NCBI GenBank assembly: GCA_034780895.1
Contig: JAUZTB010000001.1
Span: forward strand, 87,042,454 to 87,106,453
DNA: 64,000 nt
Reading direction: 5' to 3'
Origin: Rhynchobatus australiae
Taxonomy: Eukaryota
Shown here: piece by piece, positions 50,930-63,985 of the stretch
How positions within the stretch are numbered: position 1 is the first letter of the stretch
How the letters are laid out: each line of letters starts with the position of its first letter
The notes under the pieces: model-generated
Database searches by the model: none
What the model was told of the DNA's origin: nothing
The model's input: only the letters and a program-made list of their open reading frames with translations
Translations under genes and position numbers: made by a program

Positions 50930-53900
50930 AGACAGACCAACGAGTGGTAGTAGTAAAGTGGCATAGAGGTAGTGACTTGGGAAAGTCTCATGCCATCTGG
51001 AACCAGGAAACCACTTGATTACCGTATATGATCCTCGCTCATCTGCAAAAACTGTGGTCCCTATTTAACACAGTTTGGGGGAGGCATGGGGACAGAATGC
51101 ACTCTGGGCAAAGGATTATAAATTCCATCTCCAAGACAAGCTCAGTAGCACCCAACTGGTTGACCATGCCAAGTCATAACAGATATCACTACTGGACAGG
51201 CTCTGCAGCACATGATAAAAGAACCAGTATAAGCAGCATATGGGATAAAGCTGACTGACTTCATGGTGAAGTTGCAGCATGATGATAGCAGCATGTAGAC
51301 TCAGCTAGATGACGCTGTAATTGATATATCAGATCTAAGCACTGAAGTCCTGTCCCACCTTGTGTGAACTGTGGTTGAGAGTTAAGCATCTAACAAAAAG
51401 AGGAGACTCAAAGAACATCCCTACTCTCATTGAGGCTGAAGCATTTACAGCCATGATCAGCTGGAAATGCTGAATGAAAGATCCTACCGTTTCCTCCTGA
51501 GCTGCTTACTATCAAAGAAGCCGGTCTTTAGCCAATTTGATTCAATTCACTGTAAACAAATGGCAGAGAACAATAGATACAGCTAGGGTTATGGACATAC
51601 AGATCCTGACTGTACTGTAAAAGGACTTGTACTCCAGAAAAGGTCTTTCCTCTATCAAAGCTCTTTTGGATTAACTACTCAACAGTGTGGGGAAAAATTG
51701 CAGAGCTTATCTGCAAACCTTATTTTAGTCTTGGTTCAAACGTGGGCAGGTTGAGAGTGACTGTCCTTCATATCAAGGAGCCATACTAAAAGTGCGATTT
51801 GAGGGCAAAGCTCTCCTTGTCAGCAGTCGCTGCTGGGGTGAAGAAAGATGAACATGCGTTTTCTTTCTTTTTCAATCTTTTTTATTAGTTTTCAAATCAA
51901 TACAAAATGGTGTATAGCATCAAAGTTTGTACCTATCTTACAAAGAGATCTGGATATCACTCAAATCTTAGATAACCATACAATAAAATATTAAAAAAAA
52001 CAAGGTCCAACGATCTCTTAGTTAATGAAAAGAGTATAAAAGAAAGGGAAGAAATCAGATTTATTATATACATTAAAAAAAAGAAAAAGAAACCCCAAAT
52101 CAATATATAAAAAAATAATAAACAATATAAACNNNNNNNNNNNNNNNNNNNNNNNNNNNNNNNNNNNNNNNNNNNNNNNNNNNNNNNNNNNNNNNNNNNN
52201 NNNNNNNNNNNNNNNNNNNNNNNNNNNNNNNNTCTTCACTAGTTAATGGCCTCCCTCCATTATAAGATCAAAAGGGGGATATTTGCTGTTGATTGAACAA
52301 TACCATGTTTAATTCCTTAAAGTAAAACAATCCAATTTGAGTTGACAAATTGCAAGTTATATTCATATCACACAAGTGATGGCTAATGAACATGACCAAC
52401 AAGTAAGAGTCTGATCAACTCTCTTTGACATTCAGAGATGTTACTGTCGGTGAGTCCCTGGGCATCACCATTAACCAGGAACTTAACTGAACCAGTCTCT
52501 CAAATATTGTGGCCTCAAAGTCATGTCTCATGCTTCCTGATACCTTTTCACCATTACAAGATGCATATGGGCAGTGTGATAGGGTACTCTTCACTTGTAT
52601 TTTAACAACTCAAGATGTTCAGCACTTTCCAAGCCAAAGCAGGTTACTTAATTAGCACCTCATGCATCATCCTAAACTTTCATTCTCTTTACCAATGGCA
52701 CTGTATCGGTAACAACATTTGCATAGAGAAGGCTGGCCAGTGTCTTGACAAGTGAAAGGAAACGTGGTAAAATCAACCATTCATTGGTGCTTGGTAGCAG
52801 TGCTGGATAAGACTATGACACACTAGTAAGGAGTTGACACATAGTGGCTGTCAATTCACCTGTCAAATGGTGTTGGAGAATACCTAGTTCCTTAGCTTGG
52901 ACTGAATATTAGTTCTCTGTGGCAATTGAGCTAGCCTTCACCTGCCTGCTTCAAACAGTGGTTCTGGGCAGTTGTCAAGGGCTATTCTGAACCTTGAGAA
53001 CTCGCTTTGCCTTGTCTCAGTACGAGATTTTTTTTCCCTTTCTTTTGCACTGCTGAAGGTTTTGGTATTGTGCACAAAGCACAGCCTTCAGCTTGCAGTC
53101 TTGGGGCACATGCTCCACCTTTACCATCAGTGTAGTATGTGGGCCAGTTTCCTCAGTATCTTAATGTTGGTGATTCATAGACCCAAATGATTTCAAGGAT
53201 GTTACTTAGACTTTCAGGTGGAAACTTCAATTTCTGCTACCACTTGGAATATGTGACCCCAATTTCACAAGCCTAATGGATGTCTTTGCATTCTCAGTTA
53301 GCTGCTTGTAATTTAGAATAGTGAGGTAAGATTGTCAAACCTGAAAGAGGATTTCTAATTATTCACATGAAGTTGCCTATTAGGGTTAAGTGAACTGATA
53401 GGGGTTGAACCAAGATGACAGGAGTGCTCCATGTTGTCCAAGGCTTCAATAGTGATGTAGATTTTGGAAGGATATTGGTGCCTATGACATGGCGACTCTG
53501 TTTTTAATGCTCACTGCCATGATAAACTTGGCATATGCTTCAGATTATTGTATTTATCATCTGCAGTTTTTCAGATGTGTTCGTGATGCATCTGCAAAAA
53601 GCAACTCGTGATCTAGATTTAATTCCTGCAATCATCTGATGTTGAACAACCTGTAATATCATTCAAAAATGCACTCGCCAAAGCTTTTCTGACAGTGCTT
53701 TACAAACTTGAAATCTGAACTACCCAGAAGAACAAGAGTAGGTGGTGCATGGGAGTGTTCCTGCAGGTTCCCATTTAAACCACAGGTTAAACTGTTGAAA
53801 CTCTTCATCCAGCAACACTGTGAGTGCCTTCATTGAATGGGTGACAGCAGCTCAGCAAGGCTGTTTATTGCCACTTTCTTGATGGAAGTTGGTAACCCAT

Positions 53901-53945
53901 GTTACTCTTCTCAGTATTGCCCAGGTCCAGTTAATGAATAAAATA
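50930..53945. mobile_element. Cluster of old L2/Crack-like LINE fragments in both orientations, with an AT-rich L1/Tx1-like 3' end at ~51858-52132
   Basis: 52415-52720 resembles 12960-13235; tail at 53840-53945 resembles the reverse complement of 27120-27200; T-rich head with tttatt at ~51880. Confidence 0.5.
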
Positions 53946-54377
53946 AATGGCATCTTTTGGTGTCATATTTCGTAGAATAACAGAATAGCACAGAATGTAA
54001 CTATTCATTCCAGCAAATCTGTAGCAGCTGTTCCAAAGGGTAATCCAGATCGTATCATGACCTTCTATGCTTGACACTCCTGTGGAAGACTTTGGATGAT
54101 TACACTACATTATAGCTTCTCTCTTTTCAAGTATTTATTATTGTACCTCTTAACTTCATGCAATTTCCCAAGGCACTTCCACACAGTCAAACATGTGCTT
54201 CCTTTTGAAGGGGATTGTTAGCAAATCATGAGGTGAGTTTTGTGGGTTGAATAGCTGTTGGTTAGGTGACATTTAAGATGAAGAGATGCAGGATGTTACA
54301 TCCTGGAGGAAAAATAAGGGTTAAGTTGTAAAGGTAGCATAAAGAGTTGTGGTATTAAAATTTTTAAAAGTAGGATT

Positions 54378-54472
54378 GGATGAAGGGTCTTGACCTGAAG
54401 CGTTGACTGTCTATTTCCATCCACAGATGCCTGCCTGATCTGCTGATTTCCTCCAGCAGTTTATTTTCTGCT
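54378..54472 (+). mobile_element. Penelope terminal-repeat copy (5'-clipped hammerhead motif)
   Basis: gatgaagggtcttgacctgaagcgttgactg...cacagatgcctgcctgatctgctga. Confidence 0.75.
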
Positions 54473-56733
54473 AATAAAACTAATGTCTGAGATTCTAGTT
54501 TTTGTAGATGGGTAGAGATTTAAAACTAAATATAACAATTATTGGTTCATTAAGATTTCATGAGCAGTTTTGGGCGCTCTGTTGTGTGAAATATCTCAAG
54601 GTTATGAAGAACTCATCAAAGAGATTAGCTAAGGTGAAGCTGGGAAAGCTGGGTTTTCATTTGGAGAAACGAATAGAACAGGCTTGCTTCACTGGAACCC
54701 GGGGGAAATCATTGTTTTAATTGTTTTTCTTTGGTCACTTTATATTAACAACTCTGCATCAGCTAATGAGTTGGAAGTATGACTCACAGCAAACAGTCTC
54801 TTATTCTGGAAAGAGTCATTTTCTCAGAAGGCAGTCTGAAAATTGCTGAGGAAATGAATCTCCCACTAAACGTAGAACATTTTGTCCAGAAAAATGCAAT
54901 GAGTGGAGAATGATTGCATATAATTTATATGCATAAAATCGATCTGCCATTTATAGCAGTGTGATTGCCAAGCTTGATGCTGGGAATTACCCTATCATCT
55001 CCAGTCTGTGTTGCTGCTATATGCAGGCTTTTTCTTGAGAAGGGAAATGGGCTAAAACTATTTTTGTTGGTTGCAAGGTCAGTAACTAGATAACTAGATT
55101 GTATTTAAAATTGTCAACAAAATTACAATGCAAAAGGTTAGTTTTTTTTTCATGCCAAGGAAATGCCATTCAAGAAACAGAGAGGTGGAATTGACAGCAG
55201 CTTTTATGAGGGTCATGAATAAATATTGAATAGGGAAAAGCTTAACAGTACGGGAGAAGGTAAGAGACTTTCAGATTTGGCAGTAATGTATTGGCTTAAT
55301 GGCTGCCTTCTGTACCAAAGCATTCCGACTTCAATATTTCCAATGCACTACTTCTCTTTTGTAGACACCATGCTGGGGTGTGGTATGTTAGGTTCACAAT
55401 TGCACCCAGTTTCTTTCTTTCTGTTTTCAACTATGAACCCAGTCACTGAACATGAGCTCAGCTGTGCTTTCATACACACTTGCTGCATTAGTCACCAAGT
55501 AATTGCTGAGCACCCCTTAAATTTAAACTGAAATCTATCAAACTTTCTGTAGGTTTTGGCTGGGGTCTCTTATCCCCTCTATCCTGAAGATTTTAAAAAT
55601 ATTTTAATTGAATATGTGCCAACTCTTTCTGTTGAATTTTGATTCTAACTCAATTGACCAGCCTGCTAAATGGTTACACTCAGTTACACAACATAAACAT
55701 GTGCCGATCTGATGAATGGTTGCCAAGCAAGGCAGGCAGAAGGGTTGGCAAGTATTTTCACTTTGTCTCCTCTGTTACTAATCAGTCCCTGTCAGCACAC
55801 AAGGTTAATGTGGATTTCTTGGCTGAGCATCTTTTAGTAAATTTGGAATGGAATGCAATAAATGTGATTTTATATGTTGATCTTTCCTACTGGTCTCATG
55901 GACCCAGAATAAAATGAAAGGTTTAGTATCCTAGCACATCTCTGTTAGTTCTAACCAGGCGACCTTACCCAGTTGACTTTGGACAAGTTTACCTTGTGGC
56001 TGGCCATGACTCCATTGACTGGTACTTTCTTGTTATTAACACGCATCTTCTCTAGTTAATTGGATTGAGGCCTAAGTCTTGCTGCTTTCCGAAGCTTGCA
56101 TGTCTTATTAAAATTTTGGCTCTTACAATTAGCCAGGCCCGGTTGTTAGTACCATCATCTGTTGCTACACTAGTTTAAGTCAGTATTGAGCTTGGAATTC
56201 CTGTGATTTATTTTCTTGGGATTAGCAGATAAAATTTCAATGTTTAAAAAGCATTTGGACAGGAACTTGGATGGGAAAGGTGTAGCGGGATCTGGGCCTA
56301 ATGCAGGCAAATGGAATTGCCATAGATAGGCATCATGATTGGCATGGATGAGATTGGCTGAAAGGGCTCATTTCTGTGCAGTACGTTTATATGATTGCAC
56401 CCCAAAGGTCCATTGAAATTTCACAAGCAAGATCTATATCAAACCGAACAAGTAAAATACTGCTTTATATCAGAGTTGTTTTAAGTGGTATATCATCTAA
56501 ATACTTAAAGTTTAAAATGTGGCATAAAAACTGTTAATCAACTTGAAGCCTAATTTCTTGGCATATTACATGGCTTGCTTTTTAGAATGTAAAGTGCTGG
56601 CATTTCAGGAGGGTTAGTGATATCTTAGAATCCTATTGGATTTCCCACCACCTTTCCCACATTGCTTTCTTTCCCACCGTCCCATTATAGCTTTCTGTGA
56701 GATTAACCGACTGTATTCTTCTGCTTCACACAG

Positions 56734-56808
56734 ATAGATATACCCGAAAAGCTCAAAAACTCTCCAAGCAAATTTCACATCGACAACATTTCTGATATTC
56801 CATCAGCT
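56734..56808 (+). CDS. PACS2: PACS2 exon 11 (75 bp): IDIPEKLKNSPSKFHIDNISDIPSA
   Basis: ttcttctgcttcacacag| and GCT|gtgagt; phase 0-0; aligns by eye with the 25-aa human segment ADVPEK...SDSVSDTVAL (from memory). Confidence 0.82.
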
Positions 56809-58024
56809 GTGAGTATTAAGCATGTGTATTTCAAGACCCACACTGAATCGTGTCAGCATGTGTAGCCTGGAGTTGAAATGCAGGGGGAGTGCTAAGAATG
56901 AGCATAGAACTTTACAGCACAGAAGGCAGTCATTGAGCCAGTTTTGATCCAACTTGCCATTTTCCCTACGATTTCATTGTTTTTCTTTCCTTATCAACAT
57001 CATACAGGTCTTCAATGCCTCTCTGAAATTGTGTTACCCTCTTTATACTTTCTCAAAAAAATCCAGTCATCAGTTAGACACACACTTTCCTTTAAAAATC
57101 CATGATTAAGATCTGCCTTGTTAAATGCTGGTTTCTGCTGTCCCTCAGAAATTTTTTCAGTAATTTGATCACCACCGGTCAATGGCTACTTGGTTTATCC
57201 CTTTTTCCCTTGTTTACTAACATTAGCAGTCTTCCAGTTCTCTGGCACCATGCCCGTGGCTGAAAGCAATGAGGAAAATAATGGTTAGAACCTGCATTAT
57301 TTCCTCCTAGCTTTTTTTTAAGAGACCTAGGGCAGATTTTATTTATTCCTGGTAGTTTATCTTCAAAATGCTGGACCACTAAGTTTGTCATTTGTAGTGA
57401 GTTTGTATTTTTATCATTTAATTGCAATGTTTGTATCAGCTCTCTCTTCCATGAAGTTAAATGCAAACCAGTCATTCAGAACTATACAAATCTTGTGTCT
57501 CCACATTCATTCTATTGTTTTGGTCTCTAATAGGACCTACTCTTTCCTTTGTTGACTTCTTTCTTTTCACAAAATATCTAAGACTCTCCTTTATCTACCA
57601 TTATTTTTTCTTTTCGCCTTTATGACTTCCTTTTTTAGTTTCACCATTGCACTTGCTATGCTTCTGGCTTTCTGCAGTGTTGAGCACTCAGTATTTGGAA
57701 TACGCTTGGTGTCCTTTTCTTGTGCAACTCTGTCATTTGACATGTGTGGAATCCAGATATGGAAGTTTGCCCGTCTTGGGAATTTACTTGTTCTGAATTC
57801 TCACCATCTCCTCGAACGTCAATTACTGCTCTGCTACTGACTTGCCTTCAAATAGATCTTTCTAGTCCACTTATGCTAAACCATCTCAACCCAGTAAAAT
57901 TGCACTTCTGCAATTAAAAACTTTTATCCCTGGTTTGGCATTTACAACTCTGTTAAATCTAATGAAATTGTGATTGTTGCCTCAAATGCTCTCCAATTCC
58001 ACCCTTTCCCTTTGACCAGTTTAC

Positions 58025-58390
58025 TAGTGGTGCTGTAGTACAGTGGGTAAATTACTAGACTAGTACTCCAGAGAACTGGAGTATTGACCTGGAGACAAGA
58101 ATTTGAATCTCGTCTTGGTATCTGGGGGATTAGATTCAAGTAATCAAATAAATGTGCAATAAAAAAAACATCAAGTAACCATGCAACTACTGGATTGTCA
58201 TTAAAACTCCCATCTGGTTCTCAAACGTCCCTTAGCAAAGGATATTTCTCATCCTTACCTAGTTTGGCTTGTATGTGACTTGCACAGCAATGTGATTGGC
58301 TCTTAATTGAAATGATTGAAGGGAAAATTAGGGATGAACAGTAAATGCCAGTCATGCCAGCAACTTTCACATTCTGCAAACAATTTTTTA
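58025..58390 (+). mobile_element. tRNA-derived SINE with L2-like tail
   Basis: tRNA-like head, cccatctggttc...ccttacctagtttggc body (also at 61395-61560), gggaaaattagggatg..taaatgcc tail. Confidence 0.6.
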
Positions 58391-58984
58391 AGAAAGCGTT
58401 TAAAACCAAATTCAGTGCCATAACCTTTCCACTTGCGCCGATTTTAAAAATAAAAGTTCTTTTGAACTCATTACAAGAATTCTGCACCTTCTGTGCCCTT
58501 GACTCTGTAAATGTCCCAACTAACATTAAGGCAGTTGAAATTACCACCAAGATGCCTTGTTAATTTTGTAATGTTTTATCTACATATTTGATCCTCTAAG
58601 TTTATTCTGAAAGTTTTAAGACTTGGCAGTTGCCCATCTTTTTCCATCCCTCAGTTTGATCATTTATTAATCTGTCATCCATTCCCATAACTGTAATTGT
58701 CTCCTTGACCAATATTTTCTCATTTATTTCTTGCCTCTGTTCACTAGAATAAGAACTACAAATCAATTATCAGAAAGCTGTGATACTGGCTGAAAATTCA
58801 GCTTCCTCCTGACCATTGATGTCACTTAGATTTTTTTTCCCTCAAATCCCCAGAACTATCATCTATTTTTCCTGGTTGACCTTGAAGCACCAATCAGCAT
58901 CACCTCCTCCCTCTGCACCAAACTCCCATACTCACTCGCATCAAGAGTTAGACGCTCTGTTGATCCCGTACGCTGTGCATCCAC

Positions 58985-59487
58985 ACTCTCATAAAGCACA
59001 GAAAAAGGCCTTTCTGTCTATTGGGTCTGCACCATTCATCCAAGTACGCACTTACACAATCCTACACTAATCCCATTTTATTCTTTCCATGATCCTATCA
59101 ACTCCTCCATCTCCTCCACAAGTAACTACCAGTCACCTACACATTAAGGGCAATTTACAGTGGCCATTTGGCCCAACCTGCACATCTTTTGGGAGAAAAC
59201 CGGAGTACCCAAGGGATGATGTGCAAAGGGAGTACCACAGATCAGGATTTAATCTGGGTCATTGGTAAGATATTTATTTATTAGTCACATGTACATTGAA
59301 ACACAGTGAAATGCATCTTTTTGTGTCACTGAAAATGTGCTGGGGGCAGCCTGCAAGTGCCGCCACTCTTCCGGCACCAACATAGTATGCCCACAGCTTC
59401 CTAACCTGTATGTCTTTGGAATGTGGGAGGAAACCGGAGCACCCGGAGAAAAGGCATTGGCTTTACCAGCTGCATCACTGTGCTGCT
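58985..59487 (-). mobile_element. CR1-tailed V-SINE interrupted by a Rex-tailed SINE (59266-59454)
   Basis: CATTGG duplicated at 59260-59265 and 59455-59460; host tRNA head resumes at 59461. Confidence 0.7.
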
Positions 59488-59499
59488 CCAGGCTCTCAA

Positions 59500-60635
59500 T
59501 GTTGACATCAACAATGAAGGGTCCAGGAATAAAAGATGAATCCTGGATAAGCAAATAAAACTTTAGCTAGAAGTGAGCTGGGAAATATCTGATGGATCTT
59601 GTTAATGAGTGGATAGGGAAGAGGTTGCAAGCAAAGAGCATGGGCGGTCGTAGGAAGATTCGACAGGCTGAACCAGCAATAATGTTGGGAAAATATGCAG
59701 GAAGGAAGAATGAAAAACAAAATTATATTTAAATAGACGACAAAATGTTGTGGTACAGCCAATTCTGGGCGTCTTTGTATGTGAAACACAGATGGTTGCC
59801 ATGCAGCTATGTACAATCAGGAGAGCTAATGGAATGTAGGCCTTTATTGCAAGCGTATGAGGTGTAATGGTGAGTATGTTTAGATTCAACCTTACAGGAT
59901 GCTAGTGAGAACGTACCTGGAGCGCTGTATTCAGTTTTTCATATTTAAAAGAAAGATGTACTTTGGAGGGAGTGCAGAGAAGATTCATGAGGTTGATTCC
60001 TTGGATGGATGAAAGGGTTGGTGAATGAAGTGAGATTGAGCAGATTGTACTTGTTTAAGTCCAGAAGAATGAGAGATGATTCTCTTGAAGCATAAAAGGA
60101 TTCTGAGGGGGTTTGACAGGGTGGATGCTGAGAGGATGTTTCTCCTGTTGGGGGCATCCAGAATTACCAGATGTGGTTTCAGAAAAAAGGGTTACNNNNN
60201 NNNNNNNNNNNNNNNNNNNNNNNNNNNNNNNNNNNNNNNNNNNNNNNNNNNNNNNNNNNNNNNNNNNNNNNNNNNNNNNNNNNNNNNNNNNNNNNAGTAG
60301 TTATTAATAAAGTAGTTTTTAACACTTATACATGTCTCGGTGTGTTTCTGTTGTTGCTGGTTCGTAACACCAAGAGTCATGAATCTTCAGGATTCTCTAT
60401 CACTAAGAGCTGTGGAGGTGGAGCAGTCGAATATATTCAAGGTAGTCAGTGTCTCCATCTCCACAACCCTCTGGGATACAGATGTTTGATTCACAAGGGG
60501 GATCAAGGGATGTGCACGGGAGAGTGGTATTGAGGCCAAGACTGGATCAGCCTTGATTTTATTGAATTTCAGATCAGGCTCAAGGAGCCCATTTGCCTGC
60601 TCTTTCATTCTCCCTCTCTTATATTCTTATGAATA
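59500..60635 (+). mobile_element. Decayed CR1 LINE with nested LTR 3' end (60296-60369)
   Basis: RILRGFDRVDAERMF peptide; ttattaataaagtagtttttaacac...gttgctggttcgtaaCA matches the end of the 14230-15120 LTR. Confidence 0.8.
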
Positions 60636-60983
60636 TTGAAAATGCCTGAGCCTCTGTTTGCTTTAAAAATTGACATACATCATACACTTTGGAAGATGTT
60701 ATCACCCAAGAGTTAAGTGAAATATGGGATATGTAATTCACCTGCTTGGGTCTGAAGTACAATCGTGTGCTGATGCACAGTCCTCTGAATGAACATTTAG
60801 GATCTTGGATTAAAAGTAAAAAATTTTTGTGAAGTCAGGAGCCCAGTAATAATTATTCTGTAAAATCTGTTTCCCATTTGGGTAATATAAAGACCGTAGA
60901 TGTCACACAAAACAGATGGATTGTGCATTGCTCAAAGGCTATTTTTATATCATATGTTTCTTTTGTTTTTTGTTCCACAAAAG

Positions 60984-61108
60984 GATCAAATACAACAGGA
61001 GGAGGCAGCAGTGGGATCTGAAAGCATCAATGCAGACACTTTCCTAGAAAAGCTGCCTCCCAGTGGAAAAATCACAAAGACAGAATCATTGATTATTCCT
61101 TCTAGTAG
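60984..61108 (+). CDS. PACS2: PACS2 exon 12 (125 bp): DQIQQEEAAVGSESINADTFLEKLPPSGKITKTESLIIPSS(R)
   Basis: Long T tract then aaag| (in-frame CAG at 60998 is an alternative acceptor); TAG|gtaagc; LPPSG.ITKTESL conserved. Confidence 0.9.
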
Positions 61109-61164
61109 GTAAGCCTCATTCTGTGGAGGAAATTAGTGCGGAAATGTAAATTGCATGCTAGCCA

Positions 61165-61390
61165 GTATCTCAGCAGATTGCAGTCTCAACTCAAGTTAGT
61201 AGACTGTAAGTTCAAGTCCTGCTTCATAGACTCCATGTAGTAATCTAGGTTCATACCCCATACACTACGGAAGGAATACCATAGCGTTTGAGGTAATGTT
61301 TTTTGGGTGAGGTATTAAACCGAGACCCTGCCTACTCACTAATTCAGTAAATGTAGGGGAGCATTCCTCTGTGTTCTGGTCAACAATTAA
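61165..61390 (+). mobile_element. Decayed Deu-domain SINE
   Basis: agttcaagtcc B-box-like, taatctagg, gaggtattaaaccgagaccctg. Confidence 0.65.
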
Positions 61391-62959
61391 AACTTGTGAC
61401 CACATAGCCACCAGATTGTTGTGAAAACCTATCTGGCTCATTAATTTCCTTTAGGGAAGGAAATCTGCAGTGGTTTCCTTTTGGCCGTGTATGTGATTCT
61501 TCCCAGACCTTCAGCAATGTGGTACCTTTCAAAATAGCCCACGTGAACTAATTGGCACTTCAAGTGGGCTCTCTCCCTCCCCTCCCCCAGCCTCTGTTCT
61601 CTTGAACAAAGGCTTTTTATTGGTGTTCCTAAGAACTTGCCTTTCCCTGATTTTGTTGTTTATTTTAGTCATGCGGGGGTTAAATGTGCTTTTTTTTTGT
61701 CTTTGACAATGCTTGCAGCATCTTTTCACTTTTTGAGAGAGGTAGACCCATTAATTGTACTTGTTGTTGAGTACCTTGTCATCAGTTGCCATGTGTATAG
61801 CTCCCATTTACAAATGAGCATGATTTTATGAAATATATTGATTTTAATTTTAAAGTACCATTTGAATTATTTAAACATCTCATGAGGAAGGCCTTCATGT
61901 TATTTTCCTAGAGCACTCAAACTGCACCAGCTGCACTTCAACTATTTAATGTCCATTCAGATTGCCTGAACAGAACTCTCCCTTTTTTTGGCCCTCTCCT
62001 GGAATTGTGCCCCATGTAACGATAACAATATGTAGGTTAATGGTCACTGCCTCAAACAGCAGGGACCCAACTGAAGACCCGTTTACTTGACTTAGTAATC
62101 CTTCAACCTTTTATTTCCTTAACCACCCACCAACACCCGAAACCTTCATTTCTTTCCCTGCCCTTGTATACTTCAGCAGATTTTCCCTGAAGCTTTCTGC
62201 CTTCAAGTTTTCTGTCCTCCAGCAGCCTAATCAAAGCCATATTTCATCGCTCTCTTCTGAGATTAATTATATTAGTTTTTGTGAAACAGGTGGCATGGAC
62301 CAAGTTGTATTCTTTTGACAATTGAAGATCAATGGGTGATGCAATGAATGATTTAAGATGGTTGAAAGGTTTGATCTGAAAGAGAAATTATTTTTCTTGG
62401 AGGAGTCCAGAACAAGGGAATTAGAGGGGTCTTTAGGAGTGATGTCAGGAAGCACTTAATTACCCAAAGGGGAATATAAATTGATCCTTCCCAGCAAAAG
62501 GAGAGGCTAGAAATTCCAAAAGTGAGATGCCTACCAGCCTTTTCATTGGGACTATGATTTAATTAAATGTCAGACTGGGCTTGAGGGGCTGAATGACCTA
62601 CTCTGTTCCCACATTTGTCTCCCATTGCTTGCGTGCACACTTGNNNNNNNNNNNNNNNNNNNNNNNNNNNNNNNNNNNNNNNNNNNNNNNNNNNNNNNNC
62701 CACACCCTACCTTTCCCACTTCTGAATCCCTTAGAAATTTCAGTTACATTCTGTAGATAGTTATTTTTTTCTTTTAATATACCACATGTGTTCACTGGTC
62801 TTTTTTAAATGCCCAATGATCAATAGGGTAAATTTGTGTTATGTGCCTATTCTTGACATGATTGCTTTGGGATGAATAACCGTCCTGTAAAACTTCTGGT
62901 ATTCCTTCTCATCACAAACTGCTGGGATGACATTGAATCTCATGATTTTTTTCATTCAT

Positions 62960-63985
62960 TCAAGGTTCCTATCCACCTCTAAACTTGCAGAGCTCCATAT
63001 ATTAAGGACCAATTCCAAAATTGTCATCCAACCTGCTGGCAAGGGCACTGTTGTTTTTTAGTGTACTAACCAATCTCCTTCTGGACAATTCATGACCTCA
63101 TTTCCTCTGGAGATTCTTCCAATTCCTACAACCTCCTCTGATTTACCTCAACTAAAGGCCTGGGTAGAGTGCACATGGAGAGGATGTTTCCATTAGTAGG
63201 AGAATCTAGGATCCAGGGGCACAGCCTCAGAATAAAGGGATGTCCCTTTAGAACTTGGATGAGGAGGAATTTCTTCAGCATGTGGTGAATCTGTGGAATT
63301 TGTTGTTAAAGAGGGCGATGGAAGCCAAGTCATTGGGTATATTTAAGGCAGAGATTGATAGGTTCTTGACTGGTTAAGGTTTACAGGGAGAAGGCAGGAG
63401 GATGGGGTTGAAAAAAAAATCAGCCATGNNNNNNNNNNNNNNNNNNNNNNNNNNNNNNNNNNNNNNNNNNNNNNNNNNNNNNNNNNNNNNNNNNNNNNNN
63501 NNNNNNNNNNNNNNNNNNNNNNNNNNNNGATTGAATGGTGGAGCAGACTCGATGAGCCAAATGGCCTAATCCTGCTCCTATATGTTACGGCCTTATGGTA
63601 ACTATGCACAGCCCGCATCTATCTCCTCCCCAAGATGCATAACCAAGACTGCTTCAGCAGACGTGACTTTTTAACCTGTTGTTGCAAGGCAGAATATTCC
63701 TTCTCCCTCTGTCCTTTTTGTCCTTTCTCTTCCTATCTGTAAATGCAACACTTCTGACACCCGTCATTTTAAGTTTCTTGATTCCATCCAGTAAATTTTT
63801 ACCATGAACCTCCAATCTCACTACACTCTATCCCATGTTAAAAAATCATGAACGCCCTTCGCTTCTTCCTTGATCAGAGGCCAGATCAGTCATCGTCCTC
63901 TACTACCATCATCACCAGCACCCTCCTTTGCCTGGCTGAACTTCTTGCATTGAATAGCTCCTTTAGATCCACTCAGTTTCTTAAT
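62960..63985 (+). mobile_element. Decayed Penelope-like reverse transcriptase, interrupted by a CR1
   Basis: IVIQPAGKGTVV (~63020), ARIYLLPKMH (~63611), FTMNLQSHYT (~63798), ALRFFLDQRPDQS, TLLCLAELL; these match PLE RT motifs KPADKG, YLLPKIHK and D..SLYT. Confidence 0.8.
63155..63599 (+). mobile_element. Younger CR1 3' end nested in the Penelope RT, AACTA TSD
   Basis: AACTA at 63150-63154 and 63600-63604; gatgaggaggaatttcttcag...aatggcctaatcctgctcctata tail. Confidence 0.85.
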
